NCBI GenBank assembly: GCA_025360845.1
Contig: JANYBJ010000239.1
Location: 1 to 62,350, forward strand
DNA length: 62,350 nucleotides
Source of the DNA: a bacterium
GTDB lineage: Bacteria > Verrucomicrobiota > Kiritimatiellia > RFP12 > UBA1067
Direction of reading: 5' to 3'
The notes under the pieces are model-generated. The model did no database searches and was not told the DNA's origin. It worked only from the letters and a program-made list of their open reading frames with translations. Positions within the stretch are counted from its first letter, which is position 1; every line of letters begins with the position of its first letter. Made by a program: the position numbers and the translations under genes. Positions 37,373 to 46,554 of this stretch are shown here, one piece after another.

Positions 37373-40300
37373 CGCCTCACATCACATTTCCGCCCGAGCT
37401 TCCGATCACCGCACACGCCGATGCCATCGCGGCGGCGCTGCGCAACCACCAGGTCGTCATCGTCTGCGGCGACACCGGCTCGGGCAAGACCACGCAGCTT
37501 CCCAAGATCGCGCTCAAAGCGGGCCGCGGCCGCCGCGGCCTGATCGGCTGCACCCAGCCTCGCCGCCTCGCCGCCCTCGCCATGGCGCGCCGCGTGTCCG
37601 AGGAGTTCGGCCAGGAGCCCGGCGGCTTCGTCGGCTACCAGCACCGCTTCGACAAAAAGCTCTCTCCCGAAACCGTGGTCAAGTTCATGACCGACGGCAT
37701 CCTGCTCGCCGAGACGCGCCGAGACCGCCTCTTCCGCGCCTACGACACGCTCATCATCGACGAGGCCCACGAGCGCTCGCTCAACATCGACTTTCTTCTC
37801 GGCATCCTCAAACGCGTGCTGCCCCGCCGCCTGGACCTCAAGCTCATCATCAGCTCAGCAACCCTCGATGTGGAGCGCTTCTCCGCCTTCTTTGACCGCG
37901 CCCCCATCGTCTCCGTGCCCGGCCGGCTCCACCCCATCGAAACGCGCTGGCGTCCCGCCGAGGAGGACGACGACCCCGACCTGCCGCGCCAGATCGCCAA
38001 CGCCTGCGACGAACTCATCTCCGAAGGCCCCGGCGACATCCTCGTCTTCCTGCCCGGCGAGCGCGACATCCGCGACGCCACCGAAACCCTCACCGGCCGC
38101 CGCCTGCCACACACCGAAATCATTCCCCTGCTCGCCTCGCTGCCCGCAGGCGAACAACAGCGCGCCTTCAAGCTCTCCTCCAACCGACGCATCATCCTTT
38201 CCACCAACGTCGCAGAAACCTCGGTTACCCTGCCCGGCATCCGCTACGTGATCGATTCCGGCCTCGTGCGGCTCAGCCGCTACAACCCGCGCACGCAGGT
38301 GCAGCGCCTCCAGATCGAGCCGGTCTCGCAGGCCAGCGCCAACCAGCGTAAAGGCCGCTGCGGCCGCATCGCGCCCGGCATCTGCATCCGGCTCTACGGC
38401 GAGGACGACTTCAAGAAGCGCGACGACTATACGCCACCCGAGATCCTGCGCGCCAGCCTCGCGGGCGTGATCCTGACCATGCTCGACCTCAAGCTCGGCG
38501 AGATCGAAACCTTCCCCTTCATCGACCCGCCCTCCTCGACCATGATCCGCGAGGGCTACCGCGAGCTCGACATGATCGGCGCGATCGAAATGGGACACCC
38601 GACGCTCGACACTCGACGCTCGGAGACGGATGCATCCCGCGAGTCGAGCGTCGAAGGTCGACCCTCCCTCACCCACCTCGGCCGCCAGCTCGCGCGCCTG
38701 CCGCTCGAGCCCGCGCTGGCCCGCATCCTCTTCGCCGCGCATCACGAGAAATCCCTTGCCGACACGCTCATCGTCGTGGCCGCGCTGGAGTGCGACGACC
38801 CGCGCCGCCGCCCAATCGAGAAACAGGCCGAGGCCGATAAGCTGCACGCCCGCTTTCTCTCTCCCGTCTCCGACTTCGCCGCGATCATCCGCCTCTGGCG
38901 CTGGTACCGCGACCAGACCGCAAAAGCCTCGCAGTCGGCCCTGCGCCGCCTCTGCAAGGACAACTTCCTCTCCTATCCGCGCATCCGCGACTGGACCGAC
39001 CTGCGCGACCAGCTCGAACGCCTCTGCAAGGAACTTCAGCTCGATGTCACATCCGCCGCAGGCGGCGACGCGGGCCTTCACCGCGCACTGCTCACCGGCC
39101 TGCTCGGCAACATCGGCAAACGCGACCCCGAGACCAGCGAATACCGCGGCGCACGCGGCATCCGCTTCGCGCTCTTCCCCGGCTCCGGCCTCGCCAAACT
39201 CAAAGAGCAGAAGCCTGACCCCGCCGCGCCGCGCCATGGCCAAAAGACGATCTCGCGAGAATGGATCATGACCGGTGAGCTGGTCGAGACCTCCCGTCTC
39301 TTCGCCCGTACCGCCGCCTGCATCGACCCCGAGTGGATCGAGCCCGCCGCCAAACGCCTCTGCAAATACAGCTACCACTCGGCCTGGTGGGACCCCGACC
39401 GCGGCTTTGTGCGCGTGAAAGAAAAGGTCACGCTCTTCGGACTCGTGCTGGTCGAGGCCCGCACGCGCGACTACAGCCGCATCAACCCCGTCGAGGCGCG
39501 CGCCATCTTCATCCGCGAAGGCCTTGTCGCGGGAGCCTTCCCAGCGCCCCAGCCGCCCTTCCTGTGTGCGAACCTGACGCGCATCCGCGCCTTGCTCGAT
39601 GCCGAAGAGAAGACGCGGCAGCACGGCATGCTCTTCGATCCGGAAACAGCCAGCGCCTTCTACGACACGCGTTTGCCGCAGACGGTCAGCAACGCTTCTG
39701 ACTTGCGCGAGTGGCTCAAGGGGGCGGAAGTCAGAAGTCAGAAGTCAGAGGTCGGCGATCGGCAATCCGCAATCGCTGCGAATCATCCGTCCTCTGACCT
39801 CTCGCTCTTCATGGTGGACGCCGATTTGCCGCCCGTGCGCGATCTGGCGCAGGATTTCCCGGACGCGATCACGCTCAGCGGCAACCGCCTCGCCCTCACC
39901 TATCGTCACGCACAAGGCGAGCCGGACGACGGCGTCACCTGCACGGTTCCCGCGCCGCTCTTGCCGCTTGCCGCGGCCTGGCGCAGCGACTGGCTCGTGC
40001 CCGGCATGCTGGACGAGAAACTGCGCTGGATGGTCAACGTGCTGCCGACCAAGTTCCGCCGCCTGCTCCAACCGATCGACGAAACCCTCGCGATGTGCCG
40101 CTCCAAAATGACGCCCGGACGCGGCGTACTCACCGACGCCTTCTCAGACGCGCTCTACTCCGTTCGTGGCGTGCGCGTGCCGCCGGAGACGTGGAAAGAA
40201 GAGGCCTACCCCGACCATCTGCGCATGCGTTTCGCCGCCGTGAACGAGGACGGACGTGAGCTGGGCAGCGGACGCAACATCGCGCCGCTGGTCAAGATTT

Positions 40301-41235
40301 TAGCCGCATGCGTCGCGGCGGCAGCCGCCTCCGAACGCGCCGCCAGTCCGTACCACAAGGACGGCCTCACGCGCTGGGACTTCGGCCCGCTGCCTCCGCA
40401 GGTGGATGTGGGCAAGGCGGGCTGGCCGATCATCAACTATCCCGCGCTCGTCGACGCCAAGACCTCGGTGTCGCTGCGCCTCTTTACCGACGCTTCCGCG
40501 GCGGCCGCCTCGCACGAGAAGGGGGTCTGCCGACTCTTCGCGCTGGCCCTCGGCAAGGATTGGAAGCGCTGCGTGCAGCCGCCCTCCCTGCCGCGCAACG
40601 TGGCGCTTCACGTCAAACAGCTTGAGATGACCGCCGAAGCGCTGGGAGAGGAAATCGGCGCGGCCACGCTGCGTGAAACCTTCACCGATGACAAACCCGT
40701 CATCCGCGATGAGAAGAGTTTTCAAGAACGGTTGGTTTCCGAACGCATCCGCATCAACAGTGTCCACACCGACCGCACGCGACTGGTGGTCGCGGTCCTG
40801 CATGCGGCGAGCGAACTGGAGCGCCTCTTGCTGAGCACGCCCCTGCCGCAACCGACGGTCGATGACCTGTCCGAGCAGCTCGCGTGGATGATCTTCCCCG
40901 GCTTCGCCGAAGCGGTGACGACGATTCAGCTCCAGCATATCCCGCGCTATTTGGAGGCCTGCCGCATCCGCATCCAGCGTGCCCAGACCAATCCGGCGGG
41001 CGACCTGCGCAAGCTCGCCGAACTCCAGCCGCTGTGGCAGCGCTACGTGCTGCACACCGCACTGGCCGAACCGCCGCGCCACGACAAGGCGCTCCTTGCC
41101 CAGTACCGGTGGCTGATGGAAGAGTATCGCGTCTCGCTCTTCGCGCAAGAGCTGCGCACGCCCGCGCCGGTCTCCGCCAAGCGCCTCGACGCCCTGTGGT
41201 CACAGATCTTCTCCCCTGCGAACCACGCCCGTTGA
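37369..41235 (+). CDS. hrpA: ATP-dependent RNA helicase HrpA
   Basis: GDTGSGKTTQLP, DEAH, SAT and QRKGRCGR motifs; C-terminal WLMEEYRVSLFAQEL.T..PVS.KRL. Confidence 0.96.
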   Translation: MTPHITFPPELPITAHADAIAAALRNHQVVIVCGDTGSGKTTQLPKIALKAGRGRRGLIGCTQPRRLAALAMARRVSEEFGQEPGGFVGYQHRFDKKLSPETVVKFMTDGILLAETRRDRLFRAYDTLIIDEAHERSLNIDFLLGILKRVLPRRLDLKLIISSATLDVERFSAFFDRAPIVSVPGRLHPIETRWRPAEEDDDPDLPRQIANACDELISEGPGDILVFLPGERDIRDATETLTGRRLPHTEIIPLLASLPAGEQQRAFKLSSNRRIILSTNVAETSVTLPGIRYVIDSGLVRLSRYNPRTQVQRLQIEPVSQASANQRKGRCGRIAPGICIRLYGEDDFKKRDDYTPPEILRASLAGVILTMLDLKLGEIETFPFIDPPSSTMIREGYRELDMIGAIEMGHPTLDTRRSETDASRESSVEGRPSLTHLGRQLARLPLEPALARILFAAHHEKSLADTLIVVAALECDDPRRRPIEKQAEADKLHARFLSPVSDFAAIIRLWRWYRDQTAKASQSALRRLCKDNFLSYPRIRDWTDLRDQLERLCKELQLDVTSAAGGDAGLHRALLTGLLGNIGKRDPETSEYRGARGIRFALFPGSGLAKLKEQKPDPAAPRHGQKTISREWIMTGELVETSRLFARTAACIDPEWIEPAAKRLCKYSYHSAWWDPDRGFVRVKEKVTLFGLVLVEARTRDYSRINPVEARAIFIREGLVAGAFPAPQPPFLCANLTRIRALLDAEEKTRQHGMLFDPETASAFYDTRLPQTVSNASDLREWLKGAEVRSQKSEVGDRQSAIAANHPSSDLSLFMVDADLPPVRDLAQDFPDAITLSGNRLALTYRHAQGEPDDGVTCTVPAPLLPLAAAWRSDWLVPGMLDEKLRWMVNVLPTKFRRLLQPIDETLAMCRSKMTPGRGVLTDAFSDALYSVRGVRVPPETWKEEAYPDHLRMRFAAVNEDGRELGSGRNIAPLVKILAACVAAAAASERAASPYHKDGLTRWDFGPLPPQVDVGKAGWPIINYPALVDAKTSVSLRLFTDASAAAASHEKGVCRLFALALGKDWKRCVQPPSLPRNVALHVKQLEMTAEALGEEIGAATLRETFTDDKPVIRDEKSFQERLVSERIRINSVHTDRTRLVVAVLHAASELERLLLSTPLPQPTVDDLSEQLAWMIFPGFAEAVTTIQLQHIPRYLEACRIRIQRAQTNPAGDLRKLAELQPLWQRYVLHTALAEPPRHDKALLAQYRWLMEEYRVSLFAQELRTPAPVSAKRLDALWSQIFSPANHAR
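38598..38663. repeat. Inverted heptamer repeat (hairpin) in frame within hrpA
   Basis: CCCGACG CTCGACA CTCGACG ... GTCGAGC GTCGAAG GTCGACC; 38600-38610 is the exact reverse complement of 38643-38653. Confidence 0.75.
39726..39804. repeat. Seven tandem heptamers plus a partial inverted arm in frame within hrpA
   Basis: GGAAGTC AGAAGTC AGAAGTC AGAGGTC GGCGATC GGCAATC CGCAATC (39726-39774), then CCTCTGAC (39791-39798), the reverse complement of GTCAGAGG. Confidence 0.8.
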
Positions 41236-41266
41236 CGCGATTGCCTTCAGGGAGCTAAGCGTTCGT

Positions 41267-42298
41267 TCAGGCCAGTTGCGCGAGCAGCGCGTCCGTCTGC
41301 TCTTCTGTGCCGATCGTGATGCGGAGGTATTCGCCCGTGGCCGGACCCGGAAAGTAGCGCACGAAGATTTTGGCCGCCTTCAGCGCATCGAACACCCGTT
41401 TCGCATTCCCGTCCGGCGGACGCGCGAAGAGAAAGTTCGTCTGTGAAACGCAGACCGTCCAGCCGCGCCGCCGCAGTTCAGTGGTCAGCCGTTCGCGCGT
41501 CGCGCGGATCTTGCGCACGTTCTCGCGCATATACGGCAGGTCGCTGAGCGCCGCCAAACCCACCACCTGAGCGAGCATGTCCATGTTGTAGGAGTCTTTG
41601 ATCTTATAGAGCGCGCCGATCAGGTCCTCGGGGCCGATCACATAGCCGAACCGCATGCCCGCCAGCGAGAACGATTTCGAGAAGGTGCGCATCACCAGTG
41701 TGTTCGCGTTACCCGACGCCAAGGCGAGATCCATGCAGTTCGAGTCCGCGAAATCGCCGTAGGCCTCGTCGATCAGCACCACGCCGTCGAACGCCGTGCA
41801 GAACGCCGTGACCACCGCCTTGTCGTGCATCATGCTGGTCGGCGCGTTCGGATTGGTCATGAAGAAGAGCGAAGCGCAATAATCTTCCGGCATGCGCCAG
41901 GTGAAATCCGCGTTGAGCTTCACCGGGCGCAGTTCGACACCGCGGCTCTCAGTCAGCACCGGATAGAGCGAATAGGAAGGCAGGAAATAGCCGACGCTGC
42001 CGTCGTTCTCCACAAACGCCCGCGTGCAGAGCGCAAGGATTTCATCCGAGCCGTTGCCGATGAAGATCTGCTGGACCGGGCACCCGTGGATCTCAGCGAT
42101 GCGCTGGCGCAAGGCCATAAAGACAGGATCGGGATAGAGACGCAGCCGCGCGTAGTCGAACGTCTTCAGCGCCTCGGCCACCTTCGGGCTCGGCGGATAA
42201 GGGTTCTCGTTGGTGTTGAGTTTGATGATGCCCGGATCTTTCGGCTGCTCGCCGGGCGTGTAGGCTTCAAGTGCTTGAACGTTTTTGCAGATGTACAT
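41267..42298 (-). CDS. hisC: Histidinol-phosphate aminotransferase
   Basis: YTPGEQP, IKLNTNENPY, GNGSDE, NPNAP, DEAY and RTFSKSFSLAGMRFGY (PLP lysine). Confidence 0.95.
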   Translation of the reverse strand: MYICKNVQALEAYTPGEQPKDPGIIKLNTNENPYPPSPKVAEALKTFDYARLRLYPDPVFMALRQRIAEIHGCPVQQIFIGNGSDEILALCTRAFVENDGSVGYFLPSYSLYPVLTESRGVELRPVKLNADFTWRMPEDYCASLFFMTNPNAPTSMMHDKAVVTAFCTAFDGVVLIDEAYGDFADSNCMDLALASGNANTLVMRTFSKSFSLAGMRFGYVIGPEDLIGALYKIKDSYNMDMLAQVVGLAALSDLPYMRENVRKIRATRERLTTELRRRGWTVCVSQTNFLFARPPDGNAKRVFDALKAAKIFVRYFPGPATGEYLRITIGTEEQTDALLAQLA

Positions 42299-42375
42299 AG
42301 CGCGTGAACTATATCACACCGCGGCGTGTTTAGCACCCCGCCGCGTGCCTTTTTTAAAAAACTTGTTTTGTCCCC

Positions 42376-42405
42376 TTGCCAGACCGTGATCCGGTTTGCT
42401 ATTGT
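42376..42405 (+). promoter_or_regulatory. Probable tRNA promoter (TTGCCA ... TGCTATTGT extended -10)
   Basis: TTGCCA, an 18-nt spacer and TATTGT, ending ~15 nt before the tRNA. Confidence 0.5.
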
Positions 42406-42420
42406 GTGGCTCACTTTTTC

Positions 42421-42495
42421 GCGCCCATCGTCTATCGGTTAGGACACAAGGTTTTCATCCTTGGAAGCGGAGTTCGACTCTCCGTGGGCGCGCCA
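42421..42495 (+). tRNA. tRNA-Glu (anticodon TTC)
   Basis: Acceptor GCGCCCA/TGGGCGC, discriminator G, encoded CCA; anticodon arm CAAGG-TTTTCAT-CCTTG; T arm GCGGAG-TTCGA-CTCTCCGT region. Confidence 0.97.
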
Positions 42496-42504
42496 GTCCG
42501 ACAC

Positions 42505-42536
42505 CCGCAAGCCGTTTCTGTCTTGCGGATTTTTTG
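42505..42536 (+). terminator. Rho-independent terminator after tRNA-Glu
   Basis: Stem CCGCAAG / CTTGCGG followed by ATTTTTTG. Confidence 0.75.
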
Positions 42537-42563
42537 TTTCGGGATCAGTCTGCGGGGCCGACT

Positions 42564-44387
42564 ATGAAAATCCTGCTGATCACGCCGCCGCTCGTCCAAC
42601 TCAACACGCCCTATCCGGCGATGCCCACGTTGGCCGGCTTCCTGCGCGACCAAGGCGTGGAGGTGGCGCAGGCGGACCTTTCGCTTGAACTTGTCCTGCG
42701 GCTCTTCTCCCGCGACGGGCTCCGCCAAGTCGCCGAAGCCTGCCGCGCGCGAGCCAAGCCGACACCGCATGTCCGCTTCTTCCTCGACCACCTGGATTCC
42801 TATCTGAACACGGTCGAAACCGCCGTCGGCTTTCTCCAAGGCCGCGACGAGGCCGCCGGCTGGCTCATCGCCCGTCGCGGGCTCCTGCCTGAAGGCCCTC
42901 GCTTCTCCGCGCTCTCGCCCGACGGCACTGGCGGCGACGAGGAGGCGACACTCGCGGAACTCTTCGGGACCTTGGGCGTCACCGACCGCGCCAAACATCT
43001 CGCCTCGCTCTATCTCGACGACCTCGCCGACATCATTCGCGAGGGGGCCGATCCCGACTTCGGCTTCGCGCGTTACGCCGAGCGGATCGCCGTCGCCGCG
43101 CCGATCTTCGACCCGCTCCTGCAACGGCTCGCCGCGCCGCCCACGCTGATCGACCGCCTCATCGACAACCTCACGGAAGAGACGCTGCGGCGGCACGCGC
43201 CCGAGATCGTCGGCCTCACTCTCCCTTTTCCAGGGACCGTCTACGCCACGTTCCGGATCGCCGCGGCGGTGCGCCGCCTCGCGCCTGCCACACGCATCGT
43301 CATGGGCGGCGGCTACGTCAACACCGAGCTGCGCAGCCTGACCGACCCGCGCGTGTTCGACCTCGCCGACTTCCTCTGTTTCGATGAGGGCTTCGCCCCT
43401 TGGCTCGGGATCGTCGGCAAAGCACCCTTCACCCGCACGATGACCGTCGACCTTCGTCTCCCGCTCGTCTGTACGGGCGACCGGCCGGTCGCCCCTACCC
43501 CCTCTTATACGGGCCTCGACCTCTCGCGCTACATCAGCCTGGTCGAGATGGCCAACCCCATGCACCGCATCTGGTCGGACGGCAAGTGGATCAAGCTGCA
43601 GCTGGCCAACGGCTGCTACTGGCACAAGTGCGCCTTCTGCGACGTGGCCTTGGACTACATCGGACGATACGAGGCTCCGGACGCGAAGTCGCTCGCAGAC
43701 AAGCTGGCACGCCTGAAACGCGAGACCGGCCAAACCGGCTTCCACTTCACAGACGAGGCGCTGGCTCCCGCGCTGATCCGACAACTCTGCGAGGAACTTC
43801 TGGCGCGCGGCGAAACGCTCACCTGGTGGGGCAATGTCCGTTTCGACAAACACGTCACACCGGCCCTCGCCCGCCTCATGGCGCAAGCCGGCTGCATCGC
43901 CGTCACGGGCGGGCTCGAGTGCGCCCATGACCGGCTGCTGAAGCTGATGAACAAGGGCATCACGCTGGCCAGCGCGGCCCAGGCGTGCCAAGCCTTCTCC
44001 GACGCGGGCATCCTCGTCCACGCGTACCTCATGTACGGCTTCCCCACGCAGACCGAAGCAGAGACGCTCGACGCGCTGGAGTACGTGCGGCAACGCTTTG
44101 AGGCAGGCCACATCCAGTCCGCCTACTGGCACCGTTTCGCGCTCACCGCACACAGCCCCATCGCAAAGCACCCGGAGACCTTCGGCATCCGGTTGACACC
44201 GCCGGCCGAACCGCCGCGGCGCTTCGCGCTCAATGAAATCCCCTATGCGGAACCCGGCGCACCTGATCACGACCGACTGGGCGAAGGCCTCCGTCGCGCG
44301 CTTTACAACTACATGCTTGGGCTCGGCCTTGACCTCCCTGTCCGAAAGTGGTTTGTCCTGCCCAAGCGGAATGTAATTAACGGTTGA
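42564..44387 (+). CDS. B12-binding-domain radical SAM protein
   Basis: Start MKILLITPP at 42564; TPYPA motif; RIVMGGGYVNTELR; CxxxCxxC = GCYWHKCAFCD. Confidence 0.9.
   Translation: MKILLITPPLVQLNTPYPAMPTLAGFLRDQGVEVAQADLSLELVLRLFSRDGLRQVAEACRARAKPTPHVRFFLDHLDSYLNTVETAVGFLQGRDEAAGWLIARRGLLPEGPRFSALSPDGTGGDEEATLAELFGTLGVTDRAKHLASLYLDDLADIIREGADPDFGFARYAERIAVAAPIFDPLLQRLAAPPTLIDRLIDNLTEETLRRHAPEIVGLTLPFPGTVYATFRIAAAVRRLAPATRIVMGGGYVNTELRSLTDPRVFDLADFLCFDEGFAPWLGIVGKAPFTRTMTVDLRLPLVCTGDRPVAPTPSYTGLDLSRYISLVEMANPMHRIWSDGKWIKLQLANGCYWHKCAFCDVALDYIGRYEAPDAKSLADKLARLKRETGQTGFHFTDEALAPALIRQLCEELLARGETLTWWGNVRFDKHVTPALARLMAQAGCIAVTGGLECAHDRLLKLMNKGITLASAAQACQAFSDAGILVHAYLMYGFPTQTEAETLDALEYVRQRFEAGHIQSAYWHRFALTAHSPIAKHPETFGIRLTPPAEPPRRFALNEIPYAEPGAPDHDRLGEGLRRALYNYMLGLGLDLPVRKWFVLPKRNVING
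43471..43498 (-). repeat. REP-like palindrome inside the radical SAM CDS
   Basis: Minus strand reads GTAGGGGCGACCGGCCGGTCGCCCGTAC; perfect 20-bp palindrome at 43475-43494. Confidence 0.75.
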
Positions 44388-44444
44388 AGCAAGCCACCCA
44401 TTTAGGCTATTTTAAAAAGTCAAAGGTAAGCGTTTTCTAAAAGT

Positions 44445-45365
44445 ATGAACTGGCGCGGAAAAATGATAGGCGGCAGCATAGGCTCGTTCCTCGGGCCGTG
44501 GGGCGCACTGGCCGGTGCGGCCGCCGGCCATGTCTTTGTCGACCGCAAGGAAGCCGCGACCGCCGAGAAGCAATCCTTGCGTCTCTTGGCCGTCACGGCG
44601 GGCGCTCTGTATGAGCTGGCAGGCGCTGACGGGCGCTACACGGTCACCGAGGACAAGGTGATCCGTTCGATCCTGGCGGAGATCAACCGGAACGTGGGAA
44701 CCGCGCTCGCGCCGCACGAACTCGCCTATCTGATCGACGACGCCGCGCGCATCGACCGCAGCCTGGCGCGCCTCGCGACGACCGTGCGCGGCAATCCGCA
44801 TCTTGCCCGCGCCGCCGTCTCCTGGCTCTGGCGCGTGGCCGTGAGCGACAGTGACGAAAACAGCCGGGAAGCCGCCTGCATTGGCTCCTTTGCGCAGCAC
44901 GTCGGCCTCTCGGAAGAAGAGCTGCGCCACTCGGCGCTCCTCTACACGCGCTCCGCCGCGTCGGCCTCGGACAAAGACCGTCACGAGGCCTGTTCCGTGC
45001 TCGGCGTTCTCTACCATGCCGACGCTGCCCTGATCAAGACCGCCTACCGGGGCCTGAGCCAGAAATACCATCCCGATAAACACGCCGGCCTTGACCCCGA
45101 CATCCGGGCGTTGACCGCAGAAAAATTCGCTCAGGTCAAAGCCGCGTACGACACGTTGACTGTCGAAACGGCGCATGCCTGGTTCGCGAAACAGGCGGAC
45201 TCTGGAAGGCTCGCGCCTGCGGCAGCCGAGTCGGCCGTGTGCTGTTTCGCCTGCGGCCAAAAGAGCCGTCTGCCGTCACTCGAACGCATCGTCTCGGCGC
45301 GGTGCCCGACCTGCCAGACGCTGCTCGCGTTCGAACGCGACCTTGCCGAAGCCCTGTGGACGTGA
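44445..45365 (+). CDS. DjlA-like co-chaperone (TM anchor, TerB-like domain, J domain) with a C-terminal Cys4 zinc ribbon
   Basis: N-terminal GKMIGG..G..LGPWGALAGAAAGH; J-domain YRGLSQKYHPD; CFAC...CPTC. Confidence 0.82.
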   Translation: MNWRGKMIGGSIGSFLGPWGALAGAAAGHVFVDRKEAATAEKQSLRLLAVTAGALYELAGADGRYTVTEDKVIRSILAEINRNVGTALAPHELAYLIDDAARIDRSLARLATTVRGNPHLARAAVSWLWRVAVSDSDENSREAACIGSFAQHVGLSEEELRHSALLYTRSAASASDKDRHEACSVLGVLYHADAALIKTAYRGLSQKYHPDKHAGLDPDIRALTAEKFAQVKAAYDTLTVETAHAWFAKQADSGRLAPAAAESAVCCFACGQKSRLPSLERIVSARCPTCQTLLAFERDLAEALWT

Positions 45366-45390
45366 CCGCGACACGCGCGCTTGAACGGCT

Positions 45391-46350
45391 TCATCCAACA
45401 TCCGCGACCGCTGGAAGGCTGTTCTTTTCATGCGCCCGCCGGATCTGACGCCACAGCAGCAGCAAGATCAAGGCGTCAACGCAGGCCGCCACGGCCGCCA
45501 CCGGCGGATTGCTCAAGCGCAAAAGAACGGACACACCCGCGTTTTGCAGATACCATCCGACGCCAAAGCACAAGAAAGCCGGAAGCGACAGCCAGCCGAA
45601 CCGTTTCAGCAGCCAGCCGTATAAACAGATAACCCCGGCAAGGGCGATAAAATAGAGAAGCGGACTGGCCTTGGCTCCGGCGATCGTCGAGAGCAGCGTA
45701 AAGGGAAGAAGAATGCTCATCCCGAAAAACATCGGCTTGAGCGAGGGGACGCCGACGTTTGTCAGCAAGCCCCCTTTGAAAAGAAATCCCAAGCTGAAAA
45801 GGGCGGCCATCATCGAGAGGATGAGCGCATGCTGCAGCGGCGTGCCTTTAACGCCTTTCTCTGATGCGCCTAGAAACACAAGGCTCGCAAACAGGATGAC
45901 AAAAAAACCGAGAGCCGTCGCGACCTTGGCTTTGAGCCACGGTTTATGGGCCGCTTGAGGAAAGAAATAATGGGTCAGAGAGACGGGAAAGACAACCGAT
46001 GCAAAGGCGTGCCAGACGCCAATCCCCGCAGCCCAGGGAAAACTGATTCCCAGCCAGCAGCCGTAGTCGTCATATTGGTTGACCGGCAAGGCGCTGTGGA
46101 TGATGACGGTCTTCGCGAGCAGACCCTCGTTCAACAGGCTATAGGCCACCCCGAAAAAGATCAGTCCGCTCAACCCGATGCTGTGGCGGACCGCCAGTTC
46201 CCGGATCAAGAGAATCGCCAGCCCATATCCCAGGCTGAGGAACAGAACCAGGCCCAAGTTCAGAAAACCCGTCAACGGCGTGCTTCCGGTGAACAGTTCG
46301 GGAAGGACGGTCGCAAACAGAAAGAGCGTGAGTATGGGTAAACCTCGCAT
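45391..46350 (-). CDS. Hypothetical integral membrane protein
   Basis: About 9 hydrophobic segments; conserved-looking PELFTGSTP and YSLLNEGLLAKT. Confidence 0.75.
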   Translation of the reverse strand: MRGLPILTLFLFATVLPELFTGSTPLTGFLNLGLVLFLSLGYGLAILLIRELAVRHSIGLSGLIFFGVAYSLLNEGLLAKTVIIHSALPVNQYDDYGCWLGISFPWAAGIGVWHAFASVVFPVSLTHYFFPQAAHKPWLKAKVATALGFFVILFASLVFLGASEKGVKGTPLQHALILSMMAALFSLGFLFKGGLLTNVGVPSLKPMFFGMSILLPFTLLSTIAGAKASPLLYFIALAGVICLYGWLLKRFGWLSLPAFLCFGVGWYLQNAGVSVLLRLSNPPVAAVAACVDALILLLLWRQIRRAHEKNSLPAVADVG

Positions 46351-46554
46351 ACGGTGATGAGATTATTGCATTTACTTCACCTTCTGCCTACCCTGAACCG
46401 ACACTTGATTTGAAAAGGTACCTGTTTTAGGGGTTTCAGGGAATCACCTTGCATAGATGTACCGGTGGTGCTACCTTGTCCATAATTAGTTAATACTTTT
46501 ATTAAAAAGGTGTTTACTTATGCAACGTGTGATAATGATCGGAAAAGCAGCCCC

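Noticed and set aside
42316-42358. CGCGGCG/CGCCGCG hairpin followed by a T6A6 run upstream of hisC
   Set aside because: It lies between divergent promoters with no gene ending into it. No His-rich leader peptide was found, so attenuation is unsupported.
42421-42495. tRNA-Glu as an integration site
   Set aside because: No duplicate of its 3' end and no integrase were found in the window, and the flanking genes look host-like.
42564-44387. Radical SAM gene as part of a RiPP or natural-product cluster
   Set aside because: No precursor peptide, transporter or tailoring genes are adjacent.
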